Source: Terriglobales bacterium (GTDB taxonomy: Bacteria; Acidobacteriota; Terriglobia; Terriglobales; Acidobacteriaceae). Taken from it: DNA of 50,341 bases. The position numbers and the translations under genes were made by a program. Of this stretch, positions 1 to 9,400 are shown one piece after another. Under the pieces are notes generated by a model. The model was not told the origin of the DNA and did no database searches. It saw only the letters and a program-made list of their open reading frames with translations. Numbering within the stretch: the first letter of the stretch is position 1; each line of letters starts with the position of its first letter. The stretch is from the NCBI GenBank assembly GCA_015655315.1, contig JAATFH010000513.1:1-50341 (forward strand). The letters run 5' to 3'.

Positions 1-57
1 AATCAAAAGTCAGGAGAACAGATGGCTAAGTCGATGGTCTTAGTTTGTGGTTTTGCT

Positions 58-300
58 TTAGTTTTTTTTTCCTGTAAGTCGTGCCATGGCGTGTTCCGAT
101 GAAATCCGGCGACGCAAAGCCTCCGGAGCGGGATACAGTGGCCTGGTTCGATGCAAAAGAGAAATAAGTTCCTCTTCCGTCTTTAGTTCTTGCACACATA
201 CGGTACATTTTTTTAAATGACCGCAAAATTCTTCTAGATTCTTCCCGTGCAGTTCTCCATCTAGATAGAGCTGAATATTCTGATCGTCGCAACCCTTCAT
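58..300 (-). CDS. Small zinc-binding anti-sigma factor (zf-HC2/ZAS type), 80 aa
   Basis: LYLDGEL...HLKKCTVC matches the HxxxCxxC ZAS motif, followed by PAPEALRRRI. ATG at 300 is preceded by GGAGGGG. No TM segment. Confidence 0.8.
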   Translation of the reverse strand: MKGCDDQNIQLYLDGELHGKNLEEFCGHLKKCTVCVQELKTEEELISLLHRTRPLYPAPEALRRRISSEHAMARLTGKKN

Positions 301-464
301 TTCGCACCCCTCCACGGTCAACCGCTCAGGTGTCTAAATTGTGACGGAAGCAGTAAATGATACTGTTTACATGCTTTTACGGACCGTCAATGATTTGAGA
401 GCCATCAAGTTCGCCCAAGAAAATTAGCTTTTGTAGGACCGGCGCACTTCCATCTACCTTATAG

Positions 465-490
465 AACGCCGCACGATCGAGAATATTCCC
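465..490 (-). promoter_or_regulatory. Candidate ECF-sigma promoter (GGAAT-N17-GTT) upstream of the anti-sigma gene
   Basis: Minus strand reads GGGAAT ATTCTCGATCGTGCGGC GTT, resembling SigR/SigH-type promoters. It points at a ZAS gene. Confidence 0.45.
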
Positions 491-594
491 AACATAAAGC
501 GATTATTTTAGGATTCGAAGCGTCCGTTACCAATCGAGTCGTCAGAATCTGCATGGAACAGTAGGTGACAATCCATTTTATTGCGGGAGCGCAT

Positions 595-1572
595 CTACCA
601 TTGAAGCACCACCCCGGCATTGGTCATCCCGGCTCCTACTGCTGTCAACAGTATCAAATTACCCGGCCGAATCCTGTTAGACGCAAGAGCTTCGGCCAGT
701 GCAATTGGAATTGTCGCCGCCGAACTGTTTCCATATCGATCGAGAACTGTAATGGTGCGTTCCGCAGAAATCCCCAATATATTTCCCGCTTCACGAATCA
801 GCCTGAGATTCGCCTGATGTGGAATCCAACAGTCGATGTCGCGCGCGTCCAGGCCTGCCTGCAACAGGGCCTGCGATCCCGCCTCTGCCATCTTGCGGCT
901 GGCATTTCGGAAGAGCGCTGCGCCCTTGTCGATCGCCACAAAATGACGGCCCTCAATAATTCCGGCAGCCGTAATTGGCTCTCGTGTGCCTCCTGCCGGA
1001 ACCTGGATGGAATCGTAGCTCGACCCGTCGGCTCCGAGATGGACACTTAAGACATGGGGATGACTATCCGGCACCAAAACGGCGGCTCCCGCTCCATCGC
1101 CAAACAATGCGGCTGTCATTGGATCGAATGGATCCACGCGGCGCGACAGGATGTTGGACGCAATGATCAGCACTGGTTTCTGGATGGCCTGTGCATAGGC
1201 GCTTCCCATGGCGAGCGCGTAGAGAAACCCGGAACAAGCGCCTGCCATGTCGATTGCTCCGGCATGGACAAGCGATAATCGATGCGCCACCAGTGGAGCT
1301 GTCGGGGGGAGAAGATGATCGGGAGTGCTGGTGGCAAGGAGCAGCAAACCTATCTCAGCAGGCTGCACACCAGCTGCCCGCAAGGCCTGGTCTCCGGCGT
1401 CGACTGCCAGGTCTGAGGTTGCTACACTCTCGTCGGCAATCGGACGAGAGAGGATACCGGTCCTTCTTTCGATCCAGCCCGGAGGCAGACCAAGCCGCTG
1501 CTCAATTTCCGTATTATGGACGCGGCTTTGCGGTATCGACGTCCCAATACCCGCCACTTTTACTTTGAACAT
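595..1572 (-). CDS. bioZ: BioZ, FabH-like beta-ketoacyl-ACP synthase III for pimelate synthesis
   Basis: KAS III triad AGACSGF (Cys), PHQAN (His), GNSSAA (Asn). Segments LATSTPDHLLPP and NILSRR are as I recall them from rhizobial BioZ. Last gene of bioBFDA. Start trimmed to ATG 1572, since the longer ORF overlaps bioA. Confidence 0.85.
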   Translation of the reverse strand: MFKVKVAGIGTSIPQSRVHNTEIEQRLGLPPGWIERRTGILSRPIADESVATSDLAVDAGDQALRAAGVQPAEIGLLLLATSTPDHLLPPTAPLVAHRLSLVHAGAIDMAGACSGFLYALAMGSAYAQAIQKPVLIIASNILSRRVDPFDPMTAALFGDGAGAAVLVPDSHPHVLSVHLGADGSSYDSIQVPAGGTREPITAAGIIEGRHFVAIDKGAALFRNASRKMAEAGSQALLQAGLDARDIDCWIPHQANLRLIREAGNILGISAERTITVLDRYGNSSAATIPIALAEALASNRIRPGNLILLTAVGAGMTNAGVVLQW

Positions 1573-1597
1573 ACACGGATTGCCTTCGGGGTCGTCT

Positions 1598-2980
1598 TCA
1601 TGACTTCGGCCATTGCCAACAGTTGAGGACATCATCGATCTGATCCAATACCCAATGCACCTCGTCATCGCGTATGACATAGGGCGGCATAAAGTAGAGG
1701 ACATTGCCTAATGGCCGCAACAATAATCCACGATCCAAAAATATCCTTGCCAACTCAGGTCCCACGCGATCCAGATAGCCGCCAGCTTCACGGGTATCCT
1801 TGTCACGCACGAGCTCCAGCGCGATCACACCGCCCAAAATGCGAACGTCACCCACGTAACGATGCGATTGCAGGGATGTCCTTCTCGAACGAAAGATTGC
1901 TTCGAGCGACCTGACTCGTTCAAGGGATTGATTCTGATGAAGTAAATCCAGGCTCGCTATTGCCACGGCGCAAGCGAGAGGATTCGCGGTAAACGAATGG
2001 CCATGGTAGAATGTCTTGCGGCGATCGTCGCTCAGGAATGCTTCGTAAATTGTTTCCGTCGCCGCAGTGACACCTAGAGGCATGTAACCACCGGTAAGCG
2101 CCTTGGAGAGGCAAATCAGATCCGGGCTTATACCGGCATGCTCGCAGGCGAACATCTTTCCGGTGCGGCCAAATCCCGTCAGGACTTCGTCGGCAATCAT
2201 CAAAACGCCAAATCGATCGCACAGTCTGCGAACCCCTTGCAGGAATTGTTGCGGCCATACGATCATGCCTCCTGCAGCCTGCAGCATTGGCTCGACTAGT
2301 ACTCCGGCGATTGTGTCCTGCTGTGCAGACAATATCGTCTCGAGACGGGCCAGGCAGTCAATATTGCAACTGTTTGGATCAAGCGAGACTGGACAACGAA
2401 AGCAGTAGGGTGCGTGCGCACGCGCCACGGAAAACAATATCGGCTTGAACGGCTCCGTGAACGCAGACTCAGCGCTTGCCGACATCGCTCCTACCGTATC
2501 GCCGTGGTACGCGTGATCAAGAACAACAAAAGTGCGTCGCTTGTCGTCTCCTTGATTGCGCCAGAACTGCATGGCCATTTTCAGCGCTACCTCGACCGCC
2601 GTCGAACCGTTGTCGGAATAGAAGATGCGCTTCAATCCCGCAGGCAAAACCTGAATCAGGCGCTCTGCGAGGACCGCTGCCGGCTTATGGGTAAATCCCG
2701 CGAACATCACGTGTTCCAGCTGCATTGCCTGTCGAGCCAGTGCCTCGTTCAGGTAGGGATGACTGTGTCCATGAATGTTGACCCACCAGGATGAAATGCC
2801 ATCGAGGATGCGGTCGCCGCTTGGCGTATATAGATAGACCCCCTCTCCGCGCGCTATAGGCACGGGTAATGGAGCAGTCTTCATTTGCGTATACGGGTGC
2901 CAAAGATACGAGCGATCCACTTGCTGCCAGTCCATCGCTTCGTTACTCATTACATGCGTATCCGGGTTGTCGATTGTCAT
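1598..2980 (-). CDS. bioA: Adenosylmethionine-8-amino-7-oxononanoate aminotransferase
   Basis: LWHPYTQM, DGISSWWVNIHGH, SDNGSTAVEVALKMA, DEVLTGFGRTG, SKALTGG (PLP Lys), HGHSFTANP. Confidence 0.97.
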   Translation of the reverse strand: MTIDNPDTHVMSNEAMDWQQVDRSYLWHPYTQMKTAPLPVPIARGEGVYLYTPSGDRILDGISSWWVNIHGHSHPYLNEALARQAMQLEHVMFAGFTHKPAAVLAERLIQVLPAGLKRIFYSDNGSTAVEVALKMAMQFWRNQGDDKRRTFVVLDHAYHGDTVGAMSASAESAFTEPFKPILFSVARAHAPYCFRCPVSLDPNSCNIDCLARLETILSAQQDTIAGVLVEPMLQAAGGMIVWPQQFLQGVRRLCDRFGVLMIADEVLTGFGRTGKMFACEHAGISPDLICLSKALTGGYMPLGVTAATETIYEAFLSDDRRKTFYHGHSFTANPLACAVAIASLDLLHQNQSLERVRSLEAIFRSRRTSLQSHRYVGDVRILGGVIALELVRDKDTREAGGYLDRVGPELARIFLDRGLLLRPLGNVLYFMPPYVIRDDEVHWVLDQIDDVLNCWQWPKS

Positions 2981-2987
2981 CGGCTCG

Positions 2988-3647
2988 TCACAGGAGAGAT
3001 TCCAATAAATCGTTCGGATCGAGATGTGTGCATGCCCAATCAGCCAGGATTTCTGCAGTCAGCACAGGGAAGCGCGGCATCTCTCCCAGCACGGGAACGT
3101 TGCCGTAGACCTCAATGGAGCGTCGATTATCCGCATTTGGCTCTCCGGTCATCACGATCCCTATGACAGGAATGAGCCTTGATCGCAATGCCGCGAGAGT
3201 CAGAAGCGTGTGATTGATTGTTCCCACTTGAGAGCCCGCAACAACAAGAACTGGCAGACCAAGTGCCGATATGAAGTCGATCATGAACTGCCCCGCGTTT
3301 AAAGGCACCAGTAACCCGCCTGCGCCTTCCACGATCCAACTGCGCTCATTCGCATTTGCTTTTACTTGGTGTACCAATGTTCCAATATCAATTTCTATGC
3401 CGTGATACTGTGCGGACAAGTGCGGCGATAGAGGCCGTGGTAGTCGAATACCCTCTAAGCAGATCTCCCGATCGGAGCAAAACCCAAGGGACTGCAAAGT
3501 CGCAGTATCATCATCGCCGGGGAAGCCGGTTTGTATCGGCTTCCAATAGCAGAGGTCCGCTGTCTTTCGATAGCGATGAAGCAACGCCGCGCTGACTGTT
3601 GTCTTTCCGATGTTTGTATCCGTTCCAGTGATAAATAGGCCGGTCAT
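2988..3647 (-). CDS. bioD: Dethiobiotin synthase
   Basis: FITGTDTNIGKT P-loop, WKPIQTG, VEGAGGLLVP, GTINHTLLT. Confidence 0.97.
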   Translation of the reverse strand: MTGLFITGTDTNIGKTTVSAALLHRYRKTADLCYWKPIQTGFPGDDDTATLQSLGFCSDREICLEGIRLPRPLSPHLSAQYHGIEIDIGTLVHQVKANANERSWIVEGAGGLLVPLNAGQFMIDFISALGLPVLVVAGSQVGTINHTLLTLAALRSRLIPVIGIVMTGEPNADNRRSIEVYGNVPVLGEMPRFPVLTAEILADWACTHLDPNDLLESLL

Positions 3648-4777
3648 TGCACCTCTACTTCATGCAGAATTGTTTCGAGACACTGCGAAAAATTTCGCAG
3701 TGTTATCTCATCCAGACCGGTATTCACCGAGATTCGCAGCCGCGCAGTACCTTCCGGGACTGCTGGGGGCCTGATCGCTCTCACATCGAACCCAGCCGAC
3801 TGCAAAGCTCTGGCTACCTCAACCGCGCGAGCGTTTGCGCCCAAAAGAACAGGAATAATCTGAGATCCTGTGCGAGTCACATTCAATCCTTGATCAGCCA
3901 GCATTCCCCGTAAAGATTTCGCCAGGACCTGTAATTGATGGCGAATCTCAGGAGCTTCTTCAACCAGGTCAAGCGCGGCATCTAGCGCGGCTGCCACTGC
4001 CGGAGGCTGAGCCGTAGAGAAAATGAAGGTGCGTCCACGTTGCACCAGATAGTCAATCGCCCATGCGGGACCTGCTACAAACGCTCCTGCCGACCCCAGT
4101 GCTTTACCCGCCGGATTGACGGAGAGAAACACATCATCGGCAATCCCAGCAGCTTCAATCAGTCCTGTGCCGTGCTCGCCATAGATCCCGACCGCATGAG
4201 CTTCATCGATAATTAAGGCTACTCCCGCTTCTCGGCACAATGCCGCATATTCCTTAAGCGGAGCGATATCGCCATCCATGCTGAATAACGATTCGACGAC
4301 CAGGAATCGTTGACCAGTCGTAGCGATTGAATCCAGATAATGTCGAAATGCCGTGAGGTCGTTGTGCGGAAAGATGACTTTGCGCGCTTTCCCCATCTTC
4401 ATTCCGTCGATCAGGCTGGCGTGGTTGAGACGATCAAAGAAAACTACATCGCCGTCTTCCAAGAATGTGGAGAGTACAGCCAGATTGGCCGCGTATCCAC
4501 TGCCGAAGTAAAGAGCAGCCTCGGTGCACTTAAAGGCGGCGAAGCGCCGCTCAATCGCAGAAAAGCAACTTCGTTCTCCACGCAAAAGTCGCGATCCGGT
4601 CGATCCGCAACCTTCTTCCATGATTGCGGCAGACATACGAGCCTTCAGTTTGGGATGGGAGGCAAACTGAAGATAATCATTCGAGGAAAAATCGATGCCA
4701 GTTGGTGGCACAAGCTTTCGTGAAAGTCCGTTCTGCTCAAGATCTTCCAGCCTCTTGCGAATACGAGCTTCCAGCAT
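3644..4777 (-). CDS. bioF: 8-amino-7-oxononanoate synthase
   Basis: DFSSNDYL, GSTGSRLLRG, SGYAAN, DRLNHASLIDG, ESLFSMDGD, DEAHAVG, GKALG, IRPPAVP. Start is 4777 (just after the bioB stop) or 4795. Confidence 0.95.
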   Translation of the reverse strand: MLEARIRKRLEDLEQNGLSRKLVPPTGIDFSSNDYLQFASHPKLKARMSAAIMEEGCGSTGSRLLRGERSCFSAIERRFAAFKCTEAALYFGSGYAANLAVLSTFLEDGDVVFFDRLNHASLIDGMKMGKARKVIFPHNDLTAFRHYLDSIATTGQRFLVVESLFSMDGDIAPLKEYAALCREAGVALIIDEAHAVGIYGEHGTGLIEAAGIADDVFLSVNPAGKALGSAGAFVAGPAWAIDYLVQRGRTFIFSTAQPPAVAAALDAALDLVEEAPEIRHQLQVLAKSLRGMLADQGLNVTRTGSQIIPVLLGANARAVEVARALQSAGFDVRAIRPPAVPEGTARLRISVNTGLDEITLRNFSQCLETILHEVEVQ

Positions 4778-4781
4778 GTCA

Positions 4782-5747
4782 TTACTTTCTTGCATCTGAA
4801 GCTGTTTCTAAGTTGGTTTCTCCCTGTAGACAGGCGAACAAGGCAGAATCCCCTGAGGCATCTGTGTTTCGAGTCGTAAGAAGCTTGTTGCCGATAAAGA
4901 TCGAGTTCGCTCCGGCAAACAGAGCAAGCAATTGGGCTTCCTGCGACAAGTGTATCCGCCCGGCGGAGAGCCGGACACGCGAGCGGGGCATCAGGATTCT
5001 CGCCACGGCGATGGTTCGCACTAAATCTACGACCTCGACAGCGGGCGCATTCTCAAGGGGAGTACCAGCTACGGGCATCAATAAATTGATGGGCACCGCT
5101 TCGGGCTGGGGATCGAGTGCGGCAAGCTCTGCCAGCATGGCGCAGCGATCTCTGACGCTCTCACCCAGACCGAGAATGCCGCCGCTGCAAAGGCTCAATC
5201 CTGCCTGCCTCGCTGCGCGCAGAGTGGCCAGGCGGTCATCATAATTCCGCGTTGTGACGATTTTGGGATAATGCTCGCGACTGGTATCGAGATTGTGATT
5301 GTATGCATCCAGTCCAGCATCTTTGAGTTGTTCGGCCTGAGAAAGTGTCAGCATGCCGAGCGTGACACACGCCTCCAGTCCCAACGATTTCACTCCACGA
5401 ACCATGCTGAGGACGCGGTCGAACTGTTCTCCTTCCGGAGCCTGTCGCCATGCGGCCCCCATGCAAAACCGGTGTGCTCCTGCCTGCTTTGCCTGGGCCG
5501 CCGCCTCCAGCACATCGTCCACCGACAACAGGGGTTGTCGCTCCAGACCGGTTTTGTGATGCGCCGATTGCGAACAATAGCCACAGTTCTCCGGACATCC
5601 GCCGGTTTTGATCGAGAGGAGGACGCAGCGCTGTATGTCCTGCACTTCGTGAAAGCGTAAATGGACTGAATGTGCCTGATACAGGAGATCGAATAGCGGA
5701 AGACGATAAAGATGCAGGGCACTTGCCAGGTAAGTGTCAACGCTCAA
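4782..5747 (-). CDS. bioB: Biotin synthase (radical SAM)
   Basis: SIKTGGCPENCGYCSQS (CxxxCxxC), RFCMGAAWR, YNHNLDTS, CSGGILGLGE, RLSAGR. TTG start with GAGGA upstream. Confidence 0.97.
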   Translation of the reverse strand: MSVDTYLASALHLYRLPLFDLLYQAHSVHLRFHEVQDIQRCVLLSIKTGGCPENCGYCSQSAHHKTGLERQPLLSVDDVLEAAAQAKQAGAHRFCMGAAWRQAPEGEQFDRVLSMVRGVKSLGLEACVTLGMLTLSQAEQLKDAGLDAYNHNLDTSREHYPKIVTTRNYDDRLATLRAARQAGLSLCSGGILGLGESVRDRCAMLAELAALDPQPEAVPINLLMPVAGTPLENAPAVEVVDLVRTIAVARILMPRSRVRLSAGRIHLSQEAQLLALFAGANSIFIGNKLLTTRNTDASGDSALFACLQGETNLETASDARK

Positions 5748-5819
5748 AGACGGGTTTCCTCATTCACCTGTCATCCTGCTCATTGAAGAGCTGCGATGCA
5801 ACCATGATTTGATATTGTT

Positions 5820-5848
5820 CTTAATAGTTTATTTAGTAAATTATTAAG
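5820..5848. promoter_or_regulatory. Imperfect palindrome, candidate MarR operator
   Basis: CTTAATAGTTTA-TTTAG-TAAATTATTAAG; arms match at 11 of 12 positions. Lies in the 110-bp bioB/marR divergent gap and overlaps the marR RBS (AAGGA). Confidence 0.7.
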
Positions 5849-5857
5849 GAATCGTTC

Positions 5858-6301
5858 ATGCGCATCGATGCATTTCTCCAGGAAAGTCCCATGTTTGCCG
5901 TGAACCGGGCGGCGCGGCGGTTCGAATCACTCACAGCACAGGTGCTTGCAGCCGACGGGCTTAGCTTTCTGGAGGGGCTTGTCCTGGCGGCGATGTTCTT
6001 CGAGGCCCCGCGTCCGGTCAAACCATCACAGCTGGCGGATACATTTGGAACAACCCGGGGAAATGTGAGCCACTGCATCTCGTCGCTGGAGGCAAAGGGA
6101 CTTCTGCAGCGAAAGATCGATCCGGAGGATGCACGGGCCTACCAACTCACTCTCAAGCCCCAAGGGAAAAAGTGCGCGCTGCGAGTCATCGGTGCTTTTG
6201 ACAAACTGCAGAAAGAGTTTGAGGAAGCGATCGGAAAAACGGCACTGAGCGATATGCTCCGCGCGATTCGCAAGCTTGAGGTTCTCTTTCAGATCAAGTG
6301 A
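5858..6301 (+). CDS. MarR-family transcriptional regulator
   Basis: 147 aa. wHTH PSQLADTFGTTRGNVSHCISSLEAKGLLQR with wing DPEDARAYQLTL. Confidence 0.92.
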   Translation: MRIDAFLQESPMFAVNRAARRFESLTAQVLAADGLSFLEGLVLAAMFFEAPRPVKPSQLADTFGTTRGNVSHCISSLEAKGLLQRKIDPEDARAYQLTLKPQGKKCALRVIGAFDKLQKEFEEAIGKTALSDMLRAIRKLEVLFQIK

Positions 6302-6425
6302 GCTATGTGCACGAATGGATGGTGATTAATTCCCATAGTTCTCTTGGGCATTCGTAAGTTTGTACAGATGAGAAGCGCGGTTTACCATTAGACGCTGGTG
6401 GAATCGCTACCATAACGGAGTTCTG

Positions 6426-9400
6426 ATGCAGTCCAAGTTCGTGAGCTTTTTCTTTGTCTTGTTTATGGCTGTATGCCTCTCTGCCGAAGGGCAGACGGAG
6501 AACACCGTATGGAGTGTCGGAACATTTGATCGTTCCTCTGCAGAATTCGCCGATGGCTCACCCCAAAAGCCTGTAACTTTCATCATTGGCGCGGATCATT
6601 CTGAGAAGAACTGGTACGGCTACGCGCCTGCCGCTTTCTCAGATGGCCATTCAGATCCGGCGTCTGGACCACGCGCGATTCAATTTTCTCTGGCGACTAA
6701 AGCCTCACCAGCGTATCGTCTTCGCGTTTCTTTGCTGATCGAGCATTCCAGCGTGCCCGCCCTGCGCGTCTCCATCAATGGGCGCATGGGCACGTTTTAT
6801 CTGCATCCAGAGCTCGATTACAGCATGGGCGACACCATAGCTGCGTTCTTTCCGGCATATTCGCATGCCACGGCTGAATTCGATTTTCCCGGAAGCTATC
6901 TTCGCGAAGGCGCAAATACCATCACACTGCAAGCTGTCTCAATAGCGGATAAAGGCGTTCCCGACGCCGGGTTCAACTATGACGCAATAGAACTGGACTC
7001 ATCGCAGTCTTTGCCTGCCGCGTCGACGGCGCATGCTGAACCCACAATCTTCTATCGGCAAATGGGAAGCTCCGTCGCAGAACAGGTAGATGTTTTTGTC
7101 CGCTATGGCGAACGCCCCCGGTCCGGACAGGTTTTGTTCAAGGTCGCAGGTTACCAATTCGGCAATTCCCTGCACGCGAATCAGGATTTCGGCGAAGAAC
7201 GCTTTCACATAGCGGTACCCGAATTTCCAGCCAATACGCCAGCGTCTCTTACCGTGACTCTCAACGGTCACAGCGCGCACTTCAATCAGACCATCCAGCC
7301 ACAAAAGAAATGGACGCTATTTCTGGTTCCGCACGTTCACCTCGACGTGGGTTACTCGGACTACCAGGCCAAAGTCGCAGCCATTCAGAGCCGTATTCTC
7401 GACGAGGCGATGGATCTGACGGCGAAGCATCCGTCCTTCCGCTTCAGCACGGATGGCTCGTGGAATCTGGAGCAATATCTCAAGACAAGAACCGCGACAG
7501 AAAAAGACCGTGTCATACAGGCCATCCAGCACGAGCAGCTCTACATTCCTGCCCAGTACAGCAATGTACTTACTGGCTTTCCTACTGCGGAAACGCTCAT
7601 CCGTTCGCTGTATCCAAGCGCGAACTTCAGCCGGACTTACAAAACGCCTCTTAACTACGCCAACATCACAGATGTTCCGTCATATTCATGGTCCTACGCA
7701 TCGGTGCTGGCAGCTGCAGGTATGCAATATTTTCTTGCCGGAAGCAACAACGATCGCGCTCCGGTTCTGCTGCAGGGCCACCTGAATGAGAATTCGCCTA
7801 TGTACTGGGAAGGTCCTGACGGAAAGAAAGTGCTCTTCTGGTATTCGCGGCACTACATGCAGATGCAGTTTCTTTTCGGCCTGCCTCCTCTTCCTGAGAC
7901 GGGAGAGGAAATCTTGCCGGTCTTCCTGCAGATGTATCAGCGCCCGAACTATCAGGCACACGCAGCCATACTTTTCGGCACGCAGGTTGAGAACACGGAC
8001 CTGTTTCCTCAACAGGCAGAGCTTGCCGACCAGTGGAATGCTCTCTACGCCTACCCGCATGTGCAATACTCCGGCTTTCACGATGCTCTCGCCGAGATCG
8101 CCAAGCAGTTTGGCGACAACATCCCCACCATCCGTGGAGATGGCGGACCGTACTGGGAAGATGGTATCGGCTCCGATGCTTTCTACGCGGCGCTGGAACG
8201 CGAAAACGAAAGCCGAGGACCTTCAGCGGAAAAACTGGCGACCATCAGCGCACTCGTCAATCCGCGTCTCGCTGTCGATCACGATGCCCTCAACCAGATG
8301 TGGAACAGCATGGTTCTGATGGATGAGCACACGTGGCTTTCCTGGAACAGCGTATCCGATCCTGCCAGCCGCGAAGCGACCGAACAACTACGTGTCAAGG
8401 ATTCGCGCGCTATTACGGCTGCAGGTTTGCGGGATCATCTCCTTCGCAGCAGCATGGCCAGCGTGGCTGACTCCATCGCGGCGGGTGTGGGCAGTGTCAT
8501 TGTCTTCAATCCGCTCAACTGGCAGCGAGATGGAATCGTCAATATCGACGTGGACAAAGGCTATGAGATGGTAGACAGAGCGACGGAGCAACCGGTTCCA
8601 TATTCTGTCGTGCAGGATGGGAATGATTTTCGCCGGGTCGAATTTGTCGCAAAGCAAGTACCACCGGTTGGATACAAGGTTTACTACCTGCGCCGGTCTA
8701 CCAAAACTCCAGGCGCTCCTGAGACAGCCAACAGCACAACTATCGAGAGCCCTTACTACCGAGTAGAACTCGACCCGTCCTCGGGCTCAGTGCGAAGCAT
8801 CTATGACAAACAGTTGCAGAAAGAGCTTGTCGATCAAAGCAGCCCCTATCGCTTTGGCCAATATCTTTATGTAACTGGCGGCGACAAAGAGCCGAACAGC
8901 GTCCTGCAGTACCGTATTGTTTCGCCAAAGCCCGAACTGCAAATTCATTCCTCTGTCCAGGGACGTCTCATCTCGGTCGAACACACGTCTTACGGGTGGC
9001 GCGCGCGCCTCGAAAGTTCTGCGGAGAACACGCCCAAGATCGCCAGCGAAATTCGCCTCTTCGAAAATGAGAAGAAAATTGAGTTCGCGGAAAAGATCAC
9101 CAAGAAAGAAGTACTTACCAAAGAAGCCGTATACTTCGCCTTTCCCTTCGCCATGAGCCATCCTCAATTTCAGTACGAAATTCAGAATGGAGTTGTGGAC
9201 CCTTCCAAGGACATGTATCCGGGCGCCGGGCATGAGTGGTTCTCTGTGCAGCACTGGGTTTCCGTACAGCAGGAAGGAGTGTCCGGGAGCGTTATGCCCC
9301 TCGATACTCCACTCGTCACGCTGGGAGACATAAACAGAGGTGAGTGGCCTACAGAATTCGGTCAGCGTCCGGGAACCGTCTTCGCCTACGCCATGAACAA

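Noticed and set aside
62-70. A9 run (minus strand) just before the anti-sigma stop, as a phase-variable frameshift hiding a longer protein
   Set aside because: Both alternative frames also stop within about 60 nt and encode no TM segment.
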